From the UHGV virus genome UHGV-1692018: DNA of 19,196 nt. One strand, 5' to 3'. Under the pieces are notes generated by a model that searched no databases, had not been told where the DNA came from, and worked only from the letters and a program-made list of their open reading frames with translations. Numbering within the stretch: position 1 is the first letter of the stretch; each line of letters starts with the position of its first letter. Origin of the DNA: a virus. Both the position numbers and the translations under genes were made by a program. Shown one piece after another: positions 17,526 through 19,196 of this stretch.

Positions 17526-17555
17526 GGCAGGAGGTTGTTAGCGCAACCTCTTGCC
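17526..17555. promoter_or_regulatory. Strong 12-bp-stem hairpin in the leader upstream of the lysis genes; possible attenuator/terminator
   Basis: GGCAGGAGGTTG, 6-nt loop, CAACCTCTTGCC (one G.U pair in RNA). On the minus strand it is followed by GUUUUG. About 130 nt upstream of the holin start. Confidence 0.3.
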
Positions 17556-17804
17556 ACCCGCTTTCACGAAGGTCATGTGTAGAAGGCCGCAGCGTAACTA
17601 TCACTGATGAATTCAGGATAGCCAGTGGCTACGGCTCAGTTTGGGTTGTGCTGTTGCTGGGCGGCGATGACGCCTGTACGCATTTGGTGATCCGGTTCTG
17701 CTTCCGGTATTCGCTTAATTCAGCACAACGGAAAGAGCACTGGCTAACCAGGCGCGCCGACTCTTCACGATTATCGACTCAATGCTCTTACCTGTTGTGC
17801 AAAT

Positions 17805-17847
17805 AAAAAAAGCCACCGTTGCAACTTAAGAGTCACTAACGGCAGCT
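17805..17847 (-). terminator. Terminator-like hairpin plus U7 tract just downstream of the HNH endonuclease gene
   Basis: Minus-strand AGCUGCCGUU ... AACGGUGGCU (about 10 bp with two G.U pairs, large loop) followed by UUUUUUU; starts about 10 nt after the HNH stop. Confidence 0.45.
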
Positions 17848-17854
17848 TACATCT

Positions 17855-18367
17855 TTAAACGGTATGATATTTCATTCTGGCTGCCTCAAAAGCCGCAGCG
17901 GCAAGTTCGGCAGTGTCATGGTATCCAAGGTTAATACACTTTCCAGACGCATTAATTCTTGCTCTCCATTTCCCGTACTTAGCATCCCAAGACACGCCAC
18001 GGTATCCAGATTTATTATTCTTCTGAATTTTCCTGTTTTGCATATTTTCGGAATGAGTGACAAGACGAAGATTTGATATCCGGTTATCTGTTCTTACCCT
18101 GTTGATGTGATCAATAAAACCATCGGGCATGGTGCCATAAACAATCAACCATGCCAGTCTGTGAGCAGGGCATGCTTTACCATTAATCATAATCATTAAA
18201 TACCCATCAGAATTTATTGATGAGCATTTCTTGAAAGCAAAACGAGAGTTCCATGTCAAAGTGGTCCTCTCTCTCCCCTGCCTCCATCTCCAGTGAAAGT
18301 CGCCTGATGATGGATTGTAATCAACAACAGAAAGCACCATTTCTGGCGTTAATTTTATTTCTTTCAT
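17855..18367 (-). CDS. Free-standing HNH homing endonuclease with C-terminal AP2-type DNA-binding domain
   Basis: 170 aa. HNH motif region AHRLAWLIVYGTMPDGFIDHINRVRTDNRISNLRLVTHSEN; C-terminal AP2-like region GYRGVSWDAKYGKWRARI...GYHDTAELAAAAFEAARMKY. Confidence 0.85.
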   Translation of the reverse strand: MKEIKLTPEMVLSVVDYNPSSGDFHWRWRQGRERTTLTWNSRFAFKKCSSINSDGYLMIMINGKACPAHRLAWLIVYGTMPDGFIDHINRVRTDNRISNLRLVTHSENMQNRKIQKNNKSGYRGVSWDAKYGKWRARINASGKCINLGYHDTAELAAAAFEAARMKYHTV

Positions 18368-18489
18368 CGCTTTACCTTAGGGATAGAGCCTGTTCGCGTA
18401 GATATGACAGCCAAGAGCGGAGCGATGTTTCCACCACCATATCTCAGGCCCATATCACTAAGACTCTTGTTTTGATTGCACGCGAATGC

Positions 18490-18512
18490 AAAAAAGCCCA
18501 CAGGAGGTGGGC
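18490..18512 (-). terminator. Intrinsic terminator about 50 bp downstream of the Q-like gene (tR'-like)
   Basis: Minus-strand GCCCAC-CUCCU-GUGGGC (perfect 6-bp GC stem, 5-nt loop) followed by UUUUUU. Confidence 0.7.
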
Positions 18513-18554
18513 TTGTGATGGTTGCTGAATGCAAAAGCAGCAGCATATGTGAAT

Positions 18555-18584
18555 ATTATGGCTAAATGGCTAATTGCATGTCAA
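18555..18584 (-). promoter_or_regulatory. Candidate late promoter (pR'-like) overlapping the 3' end of the Q-like gene
   Basis: Minus strand has TTGACA (18579-18584), an 18-nt spacer containing the Q stop codon, then CATAAT (18555-18560). Predicted start is about 18548, giving a roughly 55-nt RNA ending at the 18490-18512 terminator. A -10-like element (TATGCT) lies in the initial transcribed region. Confidence 0.45.
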
Positions 18585-19080
18585 GACTTTTAACAGCAAC
18601 ATGCTTAACTTTCTCAACACGTTTACGCATTTTGAAAGCATTTTGCATTGGTTGGTACAAAACAAATAACGACGCTTTCAGGATGTCGTCAATTTCGTTT
18701 CTACAGGTTGCCATTGAAGGTTTTCTCCATCCCTCGCCACCACGTCCACACATCTTGCGTGGCTTTGCAGTCGCGTGATAGTAGGATGCAATTGCTCGCT
18801 TAGATGAACCATGAGCGTAGTAGCTGAGGAGGATGCCAAAGGCTTTTTTGTCAATGTACATGACGGAATCGACGACCTGAGAAATCAACATTCCATCATC
18901 ATCATTGCACATTGGCCTTGTCATAACTCTTCCCGGCTCTACGCTCTCCATGAACTTCGCTATTACGCTGCTCATGCGCTTTTCCAGACGACCTGAATAA
19001 ACCCATGCGCCCCACAGTTCAAGCCAGCCATTCAGCCACTCATGCTGTTCTTTGGTGAGGTTTAGTTCTCTTATGCCCAC
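18562..19080 (-). CDS. Q-like late-gene antitermination protein (QuuD/phage-82-type family, tentative)
   Basis: 172 aa, GTG start with GGAG upstream. Motifs WLELWGAW and RPMCNDDDGMLI resemble E. coli prophage Q-type antiterminators (QuuD: ERWGAW ... RPQICDDDAMII, recalled from memory). Located immediately upstream of the late promoter/terminator and the lysis cassette. Confidence 0.6.
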   Translation of the reverse strand: MGIRELNLTKEQHEWLNGWLELWGAWVYSGRLEKRMSSVIAKFMESVEPGRVMTRPMCNDDDGMLISQVVDSVMYIDKKAFGILLSYYAHGSSKRAIASYYHATAKPRKMCGRGGEGWRKPSMATCRNEIDDILKASLFVLYQPMQNAFKMRKRVEKVKHVAVKSLDMQLAI

Positions 19081-19108
19081 GCGCCTTCTCCCTGTACCTG
19101 AATCAATG

Positions 19109-19196
19109 TGAACCGCCCCGGGAATCCTGGAGACTAAACTTCCTGAGAAAGAGGTAAACAGGATGACTAAAAATACTCGTTTTTCCCCCGAAGTCC
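19109..19196 (+). mobile_element. Terminal 88 bp of an IS3-family insertion sequence (IS629/IS1203-like), left inverted repeat plus start of orfA; the rest of the element lies outside the window
   Basis: Starts TGAACCGCCCCGGGAATCCTGGAGACTAAACTTCCTGAGAAAGAGGTAAACAGG, then ATGACTAAAAATACTCGTTTTTCCCCCGAAGTCC (MTKNTRFSPEV); exact inverted copy of bases 1-88. Confidence 0.85.

Noticed and set aside
17600-17700. tRNA-like motifs (GGCTCAGTTTGGG resembling a D-loop, and a CCGG/GGTTC palindrome)
   Set aside because: No acceptor stem, anticodon arm or T-loop could be assembled around them; they look like chance resemblance. A tRNA-finder scan would settle it.
18364-18546. 60-aa minus-strand ORF between the Q-like and HNH genes
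   Set aside because: It overlaps the tR'-like terminator and lies within the predicted short late leader; no RBS; most likely non-coding.
1-19196. CRISPR arrays, rRNA genes, integrase/attachment sites
   Set aside because: No regularly spaced direct repeats, no rRNA-like sequence, and no integrase or recombinase ORF were seen; the int/att and early regions are presumably outside the window beyond the IS copies.

Overview
This window is a ~19 kb segment of a P22-like lambdoid prophage (podovirus-type virion genes in P22 gene order), encoded almost entirely on the minus strand. Both window ends are identical 88-bp termini of an IS3-family insertion sequence (IS629/IS1203-like, identified from memory) in inverted orientation, each with the start of orfA (MTKNTRFSPEV) reading outward. 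Reading the minus strand from high to low coordinates: a Q-like late antiterminator with a pR'-like promoter embedded in its 3' end and an intrinsic terminator about 50 bp downstream; a free-standing HNH-AP2 homing endonuclease; a phage-21-type lysis cassette (dual-start pinholin, SAR endolysin, Rz with embedded Rz1); a moron-like KilA-N/Bro-N gene plus a small partner ORF; then the morphogenesis operon (80-aa ORF, small and large terminase, portal, scaffold, coat, gp4, gp10, gp26 needle, gp14, ejection proteins gp7, gp20, gp16). The most unusual part is the low-coordinate end, an immI-like accessory locus: a lambda-CI-like repressor (HTH plus S24-like domain) that appears to carry Ala where the catalytic Ser should be, followed by a small hydrophobic 62-aa ORF, and a divergent Arc-like ribbon-helix-helix gene whose last codons are replaced by the IS. 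No tailspike, integrase, replication genes, rRNA, tRNA or CRISPR array are present. All family assignments rest on reading motifs, gene order and protein sizes from memory; no database search was run.
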